A stretch of DNA of 49,321 bases. Origin: Deltaproteobacteria bacterium (lineage in GTDB: Bacteria > Myxococcota > UBA727 > VGSZ01). The notes beneath the pieces were generated by a model. That model searched no databases, was not told where the DNA came from, and saw only the letters and a list, made by a program, of their open reading frames with translations. Positions 31,474 to 40,031 of the stretch are shown here, in pieces; position 1 is the stretch's first letter; each line of letters begins with the position of its first letter. The position numbers and the translations under genes are program-made. The stretch covers positions 1 to 49,321 of the forward strand of contig JANNAY010000132.1 in NCBI GenBank assembly GCA_031384945.1, written 5' to 3'.

Positions 31474-34137
31474 ATGAGTCAATCGAGCGTCCTTCCGAAG
31501 ACTCTCCTCGCAAAGAGCCACGAGAAGCGATCGCTCCACGTCTCGCAGACCGTCCTCGACACCGTCACCCTCGATGCAGCTGGAGTCTTCGCGCTCTTGA
31601 ACACGCGCGCCGCGGGGTTGACCCAGGCCGAGGGAGAAGCGCGCCTGGCGCAGCACGGGCAGAACGTCCTCGCGCGAGACCGACGCCTGGGGCTCCTGAC
31701 GCTGCTCTTGCGTGCCGTCCGCAATCCACTGGTGCTCCTGCTCGCCGTGCTCGCGTCTGTGTCATTCGCGACCGGCGACGCGCGCGCGGCGACGATGATG
31801 CTGCTGATGATCGCGCTGAGCGTCGGTCTCAAGCTCTATCAGGAGACCAAGGCGAACAACGCGGCGGCAAAGCTCAAGGCGATGATCGCGGTCAACGCGA
31901 GCGTGCTTCGTGGCGGCACGCTCCAGGAGATCCTGGTCTCGCGCATCGTGCCGGGTGACGTCGTCCAGCTCGCCGCGGGCGACATGATCCCTGGCGACGT
32001 GCGCATCATCGTTGCGAAGGACCTGTTCGTGATTCAGGGGTCGCTCACCGGAGAGAGCTTCCCGGTGGAGAAGTTCGTCGTCGAGAAACACCAAGGCGCC
32101 AATGTGTCGCCGCTCGAGCTGACAAGCATCGCCTTCCTCGGCACCAGCGTCGGCAGCGGAGCAGCGACGGCGGTCGTCGTTGCGACAGGCAAAGACACCT
32201 ACCTCGGCGGCATGGCCGACGCGCTCCAAGAACAAGAGCCCCAGAGCGCGTTCGACCGCGGGATCGCTCGCTTCACCATGCTCATGCTCGGCTTCATGGC
32301 AGCGATGGTGCCGCTCGTGTTCGTCATCAACGGCTTGACGAAAGGCATGTGGGGCGAGGCGTTCTTCTTCGCAGTCGCGGTCGCGGTCGGCCTCACGCCT
32401 GAGATGCTGCCGATGATCGTGACCCTCTGTCTCTCGAAGGGCGCCATCGCGATGGGTGGCAAGAAGGTCATCGTCAAGCGGCTCAACGCGATCCAAAGCC
32501 TCGGCGCGATGGACGTGCTCTGCGTCGACAAGACCGGCACGCTGACGATGGACGAGATCGTTCTCGAGCGACACTGCGACGTGATGCTGCGCGAAGACGC
32601 CGCGGTGCTTGCCCTTGCGTACATCAACAGCCACTTTCAGACGGGCCTCAAAAACATTCTTGATCGCGCGATCCTCGCGCATCAACAAAGCCATGCGCAC
32701 GGCCGCGTCCCCGAGCTCGCGAAGGTCGACGAGATCCCGTTCGATTTCGAGCGGCGCATCATGTCCGTCGTCGTGCGGACACCCGAGGGCAACGATCGCA
32801 TCATCGCCAAAGGCGCGCCCGAGGCGATCTTTCGCAAGTGCGCCAGCTTCAGGCTCGACGGCAAGCTTCTGCCGATGGACCACCCGCACATCGAGGCGTT
32901 GCAGAAAGAGCATGAGGTCTTGAGCACCGACGGCTTCCGCGTCTTGGCAATTGCCACGAAGGACACCCCGCCGCGCGCGACGGCCGCGCACGTGACTCCC
33001 TATGGCAAGGCCGATGAGCTCGACCTGATCCTCGAGGGCTACGTCGCGTTCCTCGACCCGCCGAAGCCGAGCGCCCTCGCCGCGATCGCCGCGCTCGAGC
33101 GGCACGGTGTCGCTGTGAAGGTGATCACTGGCGACAACGAACTCGTCGCCCGCCACGTCTGCAAGCAGGTCGGCCTGTCGATCGACCGCGTGCTCTTGGG
33201 CGAGGCCGTCGAGAGGATGAGCAACGACGAGCTCGCGGAGGCAGCCGAGCAGACCGCCCTCTTCGCGCGCGTGTCGCCGGCGCACAAGCAACGGATCATC
33301 AAGGCGCTGCAGATGCGCAAGCACATCGTCGGCTTCATGGGTGACGGCATCAACGACGCCCCCGCGCTCCACGCCGCCGATGTCGGCATCAGCGTCGACA
33401 CCGCCGTGGACATCGCCAAAGAATCGGCCGACATGATCCTGCTCGAGAAGTCGCTGCTCGTCCTCGACGATGGGGTGCTCGAGGGACGCAAGGTCTTCTC
33501 GAACATCATCAAGTACGTGCGCATGGGAGCATCGAGCAACTTCGGCAACATGTTCAGCGTGATCGGAGCGAGCGTCTTCGTGCCGTTCCTCCCGATGCGA
33601 CCGATCCAGATCCTCGCGAACAACCTGCTCTACGACGTCGGTCAAGCGGCGATCCCGACCGACAACGTCGACGACGAGCAAATCCAGCGTCCGCGTACAT
33701 GGGACATCAAGGATCTGACCCGCTTCATCCTGCTCATCGGCCCCTGCTCATCGGTCTTCGACTACTCGACGTACTTTCTGATGCTCTACGTCTTCAACTG
33801 CTGGGACGTCTCGACGCCCGAGGCCGCCGCCCACAGCCAGAGCCTCTTTCAGACCGGCTGGTTCGTGGAGAGCCTCCTCACACAGACGCTCATCATCCAC
33901 GTCATCCGCACCAACAAGATCCCGTTCCTCCAGAGTCGTTCGTCTGCCTTCCTGATCGTGACGAGCGCAACGATGATGGCCATCGGCGTCGCGCTGCCGT
34001 TCACGCCGCTCGGCCGCTACCTCGGGTTCACGCCGCTGCCGCTGCTCTATTGGCCGTACCTGATGGTGACTCTGCTTTGCTATGTGCTGGTCACGCAGGG
34101 AGTCAAAGCGTGGCTCGCGCGGCACCACTGGATCTGA
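31474..34137 (+). CDS. mgtA: Magnesium-translocating P-type ATPase (MgtA/MgtB-like)
   Basis: P-type motifs TGES, CVDKTGTLT and MGDGINDAPALHAADVGISV. The overall layout and C-terminus are typical of type IIIB Mg-ATPases. Confidence 0.85.
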   Translation: MSQSSVLPKTLLAKSHEKRSLHVSQTVLDTVTLDAAGVFALLNTRAAGLTQAEGEARLAQHGQNVLARDRRLGLLTLLLRAVRNPLVLLLAVLASVSFATGDARAATMMLLMIALSVGLKLYQETKANNAAAKLKAMIAVNASVLRGGTLQEILVSRIVPGDVVQLAAGDMIPGDVRIIVAKDLFVIQGSLTGESFPVEKFVVEKHQGANVSPLELTSIAFLGTSVGSGAATAVVVATGKDTYLGGMADALQEQEPQSAFDRGIARFTMLMLGFMAAMVPLVFVINGLTKGMWGEAFFFAVAVAVGLTPEMLPMIVTLCLSKGAIAMGGKKVIVKRLNAIQSLGAMDVLCVDKTGTLTMDEIVLERHCDVMLREDAAVLALAYINSHFQTGLKNILDRAILAHQQSHAHGRVPELAKVDEIPFDFERRIMSVVVRTPEGNDRIIAKGAPEAIFRKCASFRLDGKLLPMDHPHIEALQKEHEVLSTDGFRVLAIATKDTPPRATAAHVTPYGKADELDLILEGYVAFLDPPKPSALAAIAALERHGVAVKVITGDNELVARHVCKQVGLSIDRVLLGEAVERMSNDELAEAAEQTALFARVSPAHKQRIIKALQMRKHIVGFMGDGINDAPALHAADVGISVDTAVDIAKESADMILLEKSLLVLDDGVLEGRKVFSNIIKYVRMGASSNFGNMFSVIGASVFVPFLPMRPIQILANNLLYDVGQAAIPTDNVDDEQIQRPRTWDIKDLTRFILLIGPCSSVFDYSTYFLMLYVFNCWDVSTPEAAAHSQSLFQTGWFVESLLTQTLIIHVIRTNKIPFLQSRSSAFLIVTSATMMAIGVALPFTPLGRYLGFTPLPLLYWPYLMVTLLCYVLVTQGVKAWLARHHWI

Positions 34138-34378
34138 CTTCAGCGGCTGTCGCTCGAGTGAGTTCATGGCGCGCCGCGGATGCGTGTCGCGCGCGCTGTC
34201 CTTCTTGCGCCGCGGCGCGGGTTCAGCTGCGTGCTCGAGGCCGTCGTCGAGGAGCCCCAGGCCGAAAGCAAACTGGCGGCCTGCAAGAGCGGTGGGCATC
34301 CGTGGTGGTCGTCCGCCATCCACCGGGTGTGCTCCCAAAACACTTGAGGTACAATTCAAGTGAATTGTCCCTCATTTG
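34138..34378 (-). pseudogene. Degenerate partial second copy of the mgtE 5' end, arsR and its operator (internally deleted arsR remnant)
   Basis: 34138-34250 aligns to 29797-29912, and 34288-34378 aligns to 30146-30240. The central roughly 230 bp of arsR is replaced by about 37 unrelated bp. Operator variant CACTTGAG-gtacaa-TTCAAGTG lies at 34341-34362. Confidence 0.75.
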
Positions 34379-34474
34379 TTGAAGCGAGGTCTCCGGCAAG
34401 AGACCCGCAGCGACAATCTCTGCTATTCAGCTCGAAACGGTGGCCCAGTTTCAGGCCGGCGCCGTGGCTCACTT

Positions 34475-34819
34475 TCAGACCGGCGCCACCACAAAGACGA
34501 GCTCGTGCAGCGTCGGCCATCTCTTCGACTTCGTCTCGGGCTTCGTCTGCGCCTCAAACTGAGTGACCGCTTCGGCGAAGACGTCGGGCCCGTCGAGTGG
34601 GTAGACGACGCCGTCGAAGTCAACGGCGCCGACCGCGGGTTTCTCGTCGTTGTTGTGCATGCCGTCAGCGTCGCTGCAGGCGACGTGGGTCTTGTTCGTC
34701 ATGCCCACACCGTCAGGGCCCAGGGGCGCTACCAAGACGACAACGTCTGGCGGTGACGTCGCTGCCTCCGGCCGCGGGTGCGGATGCTGCTGTGGGGTGT
34801 TGTCGTTGTCGTTGGCCAT
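34475..34819 (-). CDS. Hypothetical protein (114 aa)
   Basis: ATG at 34819 with high GC3. Sequence MANDNDNTPQQHPHPRPE...WPTLHELVFVVAPV. No family recognised. Confidence 0.5.
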   Translation of the reverse strand: MANDNDNTPQQHPHPRPEAATSPPDVVVLVAPLGPDGVGMTNKTHVACSDADGMHNNDEKPAVGAVDFDGVVYPLDGPDVFAEAVTQFEAQTKPETKSKRWPTLHELVFVVAPV

Positions 34820-35181
34820 GTTGCTGCTCCTGGGCAAAGCGCAGCGGCCGCGTCCTCTGGACACGTGAAGCAGAAGGCACAACGATGTCGACGACGTCGC
34901 CGCCCTCCGCGTCGCGTTGCCCGCCCCTTCGACTCCCCTGCCGCCAAGCTGTGGGTCGATGGGGCGGTCCCTTTTGGGCGCGACCGCTGCGGCACAACGC
35001 TAGATGCCACTGATTCGGGATTTCAAGGGGTATATTTATTTACACCCTGCGCCTGTGTGCCTTGCGCTCGCCTTGCGGGTGTGCTGGGCGCCAGCGACGA
35101 CAGAAGTGCAGGTATCGACTTCGCTCACCTGCACCTGCACCGCCGACACGGCATTATGACGTATCCGTTCAAGTGACTTTT

Positions 35182-35221
35182 TAAGTGATCGATCACTTGC
35201 ATCTAAGTGATCGATCACTTG
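35182..35221. promoter_or_regulatory. Two tandem copies of a perfect 16-bp palindrome (18-bp direct repeat), candidate operator
   Basis: TAAGTGATCGATCACTTG at 35182-35199 and again at 35204-35221, 22 bp centre to centre. A half-site CAAGTGAC lies at 35170-35177. Confidence 0.6.
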
Positions 35222-35236
35222 GCGTGTGTGACGACG

Positions 35237-35642
35237 TCAGCGCGGGCGAACGTGGAAGCGGAGCGTGAAGTTGCGGAATCCGTTCATCTCGCAGCCGACG
35301 ACCTCTCGACGCTCGCCCGTCGAGTACTCGAGGATCGAGAATGCGGGCACCGCCGCGTTGACGGCGTCGTGGAAGCCGGGGGTCACCCTCGCAGCTCGTT
35401 TCAGACGCGTCGGCGTCGAGGGGCTCGACGTTGACGTTGAAGGTGTTGCCGTGGCGAAAAGGCGGGCTGCGACCATCCGCGACTCTCGCGTCATCGCCGC
35501 CTCTGACGCCAGCAACCCGCCGGCTCCGTCGACGTTGCGGCGACGGCGACGGCCGACGCGTCGGCGTCGACGCCGATGGCGTGCGTGGGTTGCTGGCGAC
35601 GGCGTCGCGGTCATCTGCGCAGAACTCCAGCCCGCCTTGCAC
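35237..35642 (-). pseudogene. Hypothetical ORF interrupted by a 1-nt frameshift, probably at a G5/C5 run
   Basis: The upstream frame reads ...PPFRHGNTFNVNVEPLDADASETSCEGDP. The downstream frame reads VTPGFHDAVNAAVPAFSILEYSTGERREVVGCEMNGFRNFTLRFHVRPR*. Removing one G from 35378-35382 joins them in frame. Confidence 0.4.
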
Positions 35643-35840
35643 GTGGCGCTCAGTCGTCGGCCTCCTCGTCCGCCGGGCCTGCGTCCTTCCGGCGGCGTCT
35701 GGGGTGACCCCTCCCGCCGCAGCGGCGGGGCCCTCCCCCAGAAGCTCGCCTCCAGGCCGCTGTCGGCGCCGACCGACGAGGAGACCTCTGTCGCCGAAGA
35801 GCTGGGGCTCTGCCCCAGACCCCGGCCTCCCTCTGAGGAA

Positions 35841-36266
35841 TCAGCTTGTCGACGTTGAGCGGCTCGTGATGCGCGGAACACCAGCGAGCCATGCACGACG
35901 TTGCTCGCGGATGTGCTCAAGGAGAAAGTCGACGTTGTCGGCTCTGCTCGCGCAAAGCCTGCGAATCGCTGCCCTCAGGTCTTCAACACGACAGACGGGG
36001 CCCGCGCAGAGGTCGCGCCACGCGCTCCAGAACTCGTCGTCGTCGACCTCGTCGCCAGCGACCGCCATGACCTCTTGCTGGTAGCGGTAGCAGTCGATCG
36101 AGGCGGCCAAGAGCTGCTCGAGTTCGTCGGGTTCGCGACAACGCGGCGGCCGCGGCGCACCCGACGACATCACTTTGATGGCGCGGTCGACGTCGTCGAC
36201 GATGGCGAATGAGATTCCGGTGAGGGCCTCTAGCTCAGCAAGACCTGGCGGCCGTGGCTGGTTCAT
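35841..36266 (-). CDS. Hypothetical protein (141 aa)
   Basis: ATG at 36266 (MNQPRPPGLAELEALTGISFAIVDD...). The upstream part of the 261-aa ORF is Arg/Ser-rich and was rejected. Confidence 0.5.
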   Translation of the reverse strand: MNQPRPPGLAELEALTGISFAIVDDVDRAIKVMSSGAPRPPRCREPDELEQLLAASIDCYRYQQEVMAVAGDEVDDDEFWSAWRDLCAGPVCRVEDLRAAIRRLCASRADNVDFLLEHIREQRRAWLAGVPRITSRSTSTS

Positions 36267-36324
36267 GATCGCCCCCGCTCTTCGCGTGCGGTGTGCTTGT
36301 AGTGCGATCACAGCGTCGAAGAAA

Positions 36325-36711
36325 TCAGAGCACGAGGTCGAGCTGTCGCGTCCACGGCCGCTTGCCGTGGCGTGCGGCATGGTGGAGCCGACAGAGCCAC
36401 TCGACGACGAGGTGCGCGTCTTCGCGGACATAGTCGGGGTGGTGCGCTTCGACACCGAGGCCGCCGCAGTCGATGCATGGCGCCGGCGTGAGCAGGCCCC
36501 GGGCGATCGCCGAGCGCGTTCGGGCACGCACGAGCTCTTTGTCGTGATCGTGGTGGTCGCCGGCGACCTCGCGCCGGGTCTTCGCCTTCGTCGACGTGCA
36601 CTCGCGACAGGCAGCGCGCACGCCACCTCGCACGTAGTGACGTCGTCGATGGAACACCGACAACGGGAGTTGTCGACGACAGCACGAACAAAGCTTGAGA
36701 GGCTCGCCCAT
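36325..36711 (-). CDS. Zinc-finger / HNH-like small protein
   Basis: CSCC...CREC, then CIDCGGLGVEAHHPDY...VEWLCRLHHAARH. This pattern (C..C...eaHH.DY...wLC..H...H) is common in phage and plasmid HNH-like proteins. Confidence 0.55.
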   Translation of the reverse strand: MGEPLKLCSCCRRQLPLSVFHRRRHYVRGGVRAACRECTSTKAKTRREVAGDHHDHDKELVRARTRSAIARGLLTPAPCIDCGGLGVEAHHPDYVREDAHLVVEWLCRLHHAARHGKRPWTRQLDLVL

Positions 36712-36938
36712 CCAGTCAGGAGATCAGGAGAGAGATCGGCTGTCCACGACGACGTGATCGCCGCCGATGGAGATCCTTCACTTCCACGATCTCGAAAGTG
36801 AACACTGGGTCATCGACCAAAGCCGCGTGAACTCAAGGCCTTGCAGGGGCGAACCTCTTCTGGATCCCCGCTCTTGCGATCAACTCTGCGTTGACATCAC
36901 AGCGCCCACCGACGGACATTCCATGGCGCGGAATGTTG

Positions 36939-37211
36939 ATGGCCACGAAGAAAACGATCCTGAAGAAGAAGTCTCCCGGGCGGCCGCCGCGGGTAAAGGC
37001 AGTGCGCATCATCCGCGTGCCGGTCAACGACGACGTCAGCGCACGCTTCGAACGTGTCCGCACCCTCTGGGAAGCAGACAACCCCGCCATCGACTCCAAC
37101 GACGCCGTCGTCGGCCGCATTCTCCTCATCAAGGGCATGGAAGCCCTCGAGCGCGAACACGCCGCTCGCAAGACCCCTGAACTTCCTCTGGAGCCGAAGA
37201 CGAAATCCTGA
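36939..37211 (+). CDS. Small basic hypothetical protein (90 aa)
   Basis: ATG at 36939 (MATKKTILKKKSPGRPPRVKAVRIIRVPV...). TTGACA at 36891 is a possible -35 element. Confidence 0.5.
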   Translation: MATKKTILKKKSPGRPPRVKAVRIIRVPVNDDVSARFERVRTLWEADNPAIDSNDAVVGRILLIKGMEALEREHAARKTPELPLEPKTKS

Positions 37212-37229
37212 ACCCCCAGAAACAGAAAA

Positions 37230-37249
37230 CCCAGCCGACCAAGGCTGGG
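37230..37249 (+). terminator. Stem-loop after the small ORF (no T-tract)
   Basis: CCCAGCC-gaccaa-GGCTGGG, 19 bp after the stop at 37211. Confidence 0.3.
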
Positions 37250-37445
37250 CTTCCTGCTGACGAGAAGAAGCGATCTCTCGCTACCGACTCGGGCTCACAC
37301 CCAAACGGTAGCTGACGGCCCAACCACCCGTCAACGCTCCTCCTCGACAGCCTTGGAGAACTGCATGCCTGCGTCCCGACGCGGGTGTCTCCTCGTGCTT
37401 GCACGGGGGGCCATCCGAGGTCGCGGCGGCCGGGACTAGGCCGTC

Positions 37446-40025
37446 GTGTCCTTTCACTTCGCCACTTCTGCATCCGAAGAATCGGAGGCCGGGGCGCGCG
37501 CCGACTGCTTCTGGCAGTCGGTGCTGCGCTTTCCGTCGAAGCGCCCGCAGAAGGGCGTGCAGTGCGTGCGCGACGTGACCGGCGAAGAGGTCTGGGCCGG
37601 ATCCGACGCCGACTTCCATCGGGCCGTCGCAGTGAGCCCCGGCGCCTTCACGTGGAAGCGCCAGCAGCGAAACCTCGTCGAGCTCCCTGCCCTCTGGTTT
37701 CGCCTACCGCTGTTCGGCCGCGACGGTGCCGAGCTCTGGCCGCTGGTCCAAGCGGTGCTTGAGCAGCACCACACGCCCCTGCCCCACTTCGTCGTCGACG
37801 GCGACGACGCGCTCACGCTGCTGTGGACCATCGAGCCGCTGCGGCGACCAAAGGAGTCGGCGCCCGAATTCCACCACCGCTGCTTTCAGCAGCAGCTGCA
37901 GTACTGGCGATGGGCGGTCATCAAGCTGTCGTTCGCGCTCGAGGACCTCGGCGCCCGCGCTCTCGACATGGCGACCGCCGACGAGCTCCTCGTCTCGCTC
38001 GTGCCGTTGCCGATGCCGGCGTCGTCGGAGCTGCGCCGCCACGCAAAAGCCCTGGGCATCGAAGCGCCGCGCGTGCTGCACGTCGCCGGCGACCTCGCGC
38101 CCCTGCGCATCGCCGCGGTGTCGAAGCCCCTCAAAGCCTTCAACGCCCGGCTCTTCATCGCGATTGGCCGCACGCTGCCAAAGCAGAAGAAGGTCTGGCG
38201 GGCCACCGAGGTCAGTCTCGAAGCGCGCAAGCCAAAGGCCGCCGGCGAGCGCCACCCCGCTGCTGTGAAGCTCGTCTGCGCGAATCGGTGGGATGGCCTC
38301 TCGCCCGAAGAGAGCTTGCAGGACCTGCAGGCGTGGGCCGCGACGGGCGACCGCACCGCGTTCCCCGATCGAGAGCTCGCCGACCTTGTCGCCTGGTCGG
38401 AAAAGGCCCTCGACGTCGGCGGGCCCACGCCCAGCGAGAGCACGAAGGCAAAGCGGCGCCTGCGAACGTCACGCGACCACGTCGCGGCCGCCGTCCTCGG
38501 CTTCCTCGCCGATGAAGGCGGCGTCTGGGCCGGCCCCGTGGTCGAGTTGGCGAAGCGCGCGTCGCTCTGGGCCCTCGAGCGCGGTCTCCACCAACCCGTT
38601 CCTCTGCGGACGCTGAAGCGTGCGCTGGTCGACCTCATCGAGCTCGCGGAGCTGACCCAGCGGGTCGATCGCTGTGGGAGCACTTGGCGCAGCCAGTGGG
38701 CTCTGCGGGTACCCGTTGAAGCGGTGCCGAGGCGACTGCTGTTGATGAGCGCGGAAGATCGAGGGCCGGTCGAAGCAGGTCGGTCACTGGGCCATCAAGA
38801 GGAGAGTATGTGGGCCCTTGGCCCGGAGGCCGCTTCGGTTCAGCTGGCGTTGGGAGAGGGTGAGGGGGGAGACGTCCCCCCTCAGGGGGGTCCAGGGGGG
38901 GCGCACGCCCCAGAACCCGGTCCCATCGATGTCGAAGACAACACCAGCGAAGCCGTCCTGCAGCTTGAGGTGTCGGCTGGGCCGTCGCCAGAAACCGACC
39001 TCGAAAAATCCGATCTCACAGAACCCGAGCCCGACACGGGGCAGAGCTCAGGCCGGGGACCTCGGCAGCGTCGGCTTTCGTTTCCGCGGGGACGCCAGCG
39101 AGCAAAGGAGCAGGGGAAGGGGCTTCCCCCGATCGACGCCGCGATACGGACCGCGCTCGCCGACGTCGGCCGCCACCTGAGCGGCGTCGACCACAACGCC
39201 TTGATGGAAGAGGCGCGTCTCAGCCTGCGGGCCCGGCCGCGGGTGCTGAACGACTTCGTCGGGTCCCTGCGTCGGCGCATGAGCCGAATTCTGCGCCTGC
39301 GAGAATTCGCGGCGGCTTCTGCCGAGCACCTCGTTGCTCGCAAGCGAGCCGAGGCACGAAGAGCGGCCGAGCCGAAGGCCGTCTTCGACGAGCGGCCGCC
39401 TGAGGTCGCCCTCGACGCGTTCCGCCAGTTGCTCGCGGCCCAGGTGAAGCCTCTGCACGAGCGCTCACCGATCGAGCGCGCCCGGCGCCTTCACGCTGAC
39501 GGCCTCTCGCTCATCCCCTTGGAGCCTTCATCGAAGGAGCCGGCGATCGCTTCGTGGAAGGTCCATCAGTCCGAGCGCATGAGCCTCGGCAGGCTCGAGC
39601 GCGAGCTCGGGCGGCTCGGTCCAGAAGCCGGCTTGGCCGTCGTCTGCGGCGACGTCTCCGAAGTCGTCGTCGCCGACTTCGACGACCTCGCCGGCGTGGC
39701 CTGGGCGAAGGAGCACCTGCCCGACACCCCTTGGAAGACCCGCACGTCACGCGGTGAGCACTGGTACTTCCGCGTCTACCGCGGGACGTGGACGGCGCCG
39801 CCGACGCCCTTGCCGTGGAAGGGCGAGCTGCGCGCTGGAGGCCACTACGTCGTGGCCCCCGGCTCGCTGCACCCCGACGGCGGCCGCTACGAGGCGATCG
39901 GAAACTGGAGCGCCCCTGCGTTGGCCCTCCCGATCTGGAGTCATCGCTGGCTGGAAGCCAATCGAGGGGAGGAAGTCCAGAAGCTCCGAGAGGCGCGCGC
40001 CCGCATCCTCAAAGGAGACCCATGA
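37446..40025 (+). CDS. Large replication-type protein: unknown N-terminal domain, low-complexity linker, C-terminal bifunctional primase-polymerase (Prim-Pol) domain
   Basis: The C-terminal 200 aa or so carry LSLIPLEPSSKEPAIASWK, GLAVVCG..VVVADFDD, TSRGEHWYF and GGHYVVAPGSLHPDGGRYE, which match Prim-Pol (AEP) motifs. GTG start, uncertain. Confidence 0.75.
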   Translation: MSFHFATSASEESEAGARADCFWQSVLRFPSKRPQKGVQCVRDVTGEEVWAGSDADFHRAVAVSPGAFTWKRQQRNLVELPALWFRLPLFGRDGAELWPLVQAVLEQHHTPLPHFVVDGDDALTLLWTIEPLRRPKESAPEFHHRCFQQQLQYWRWAVIKLSFALEDLGARALDMATADELLVSLVPLPMPASSELRRHAKALGIEAPRVLHVAGDLAPLRIAAVSKPLKAFNARLFIAIGRTLPKQKKVWRATEVSLEARKPKAAGERHPAAVKLVCANRWDGLSPEESLQDLQAWAATGDRTAFPDRELADLVAWSEKALDVGGPTPSESTKAKRRLRTSRDHVAAAVLGFLADEGGVWAGPVVELAKRASLWALERGLHQPVPLRTLKRALVDLIELAELTQRVDRCGSTWRSQWALRVPVEAVPRRLLLMSAEDRGPVEAGRSLGHQEESMWALGPEAASVQLALGEGEGGDVPPQGGPGGAHAPEPGPIDVEDNTSEAVLQLEVSAGPSPETDLEKSDLTEPEPDTGQSSGRGPRQRRLSFPRGRQRAKEQGKGLPPIDAAIRTALADVGRHLSGVDHNALMEEARLSLRARPRVLNDFVGSLRRRMSRILRLREFAAASAEHLVARKRAEARRAAEPKAVFDERPPEVALDAFRQLLAAQVKPLHERSPIERARRLHADGLSLIPLEPSSKEPAIASWKVHQSERMSLGRLERELGRLGPEAGLAVVCGDVSEVVVADFDDLAGVAWAKEHLPDTPWKTRTSRGEHWYFRVYRGTWTAPPTPLPWKGELRAGGHYVVAPGSLHPDGGRYEAIGNWSAPALALPIWSHRWLEANRGEEVQKLREARARILKGDP

Positions 40026-40031
40026 GCCAGG

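Noticed and set aside
35161-35170. GTATCCGTTC resembles the IS terminal sequence GTATCCGTCC (a possible solo IS end).
   Set aside because: Only 9 of 10 positions match and there is no similarity beyond that. A match this short is expected by chance in about 100 kb of two-strand search space.
37211-37446. Possible tRNA or tRNA fragment (an integration target) between the small ORF and the Prim-Pol gene.
   Set aside because: There is no T-arm consensus (GGTTCGAATCC or its complement) and no cloverleaf could be drawn. Only generic hairpins are present, for example GCTACCG...CGGTAGC at 37281-37313.
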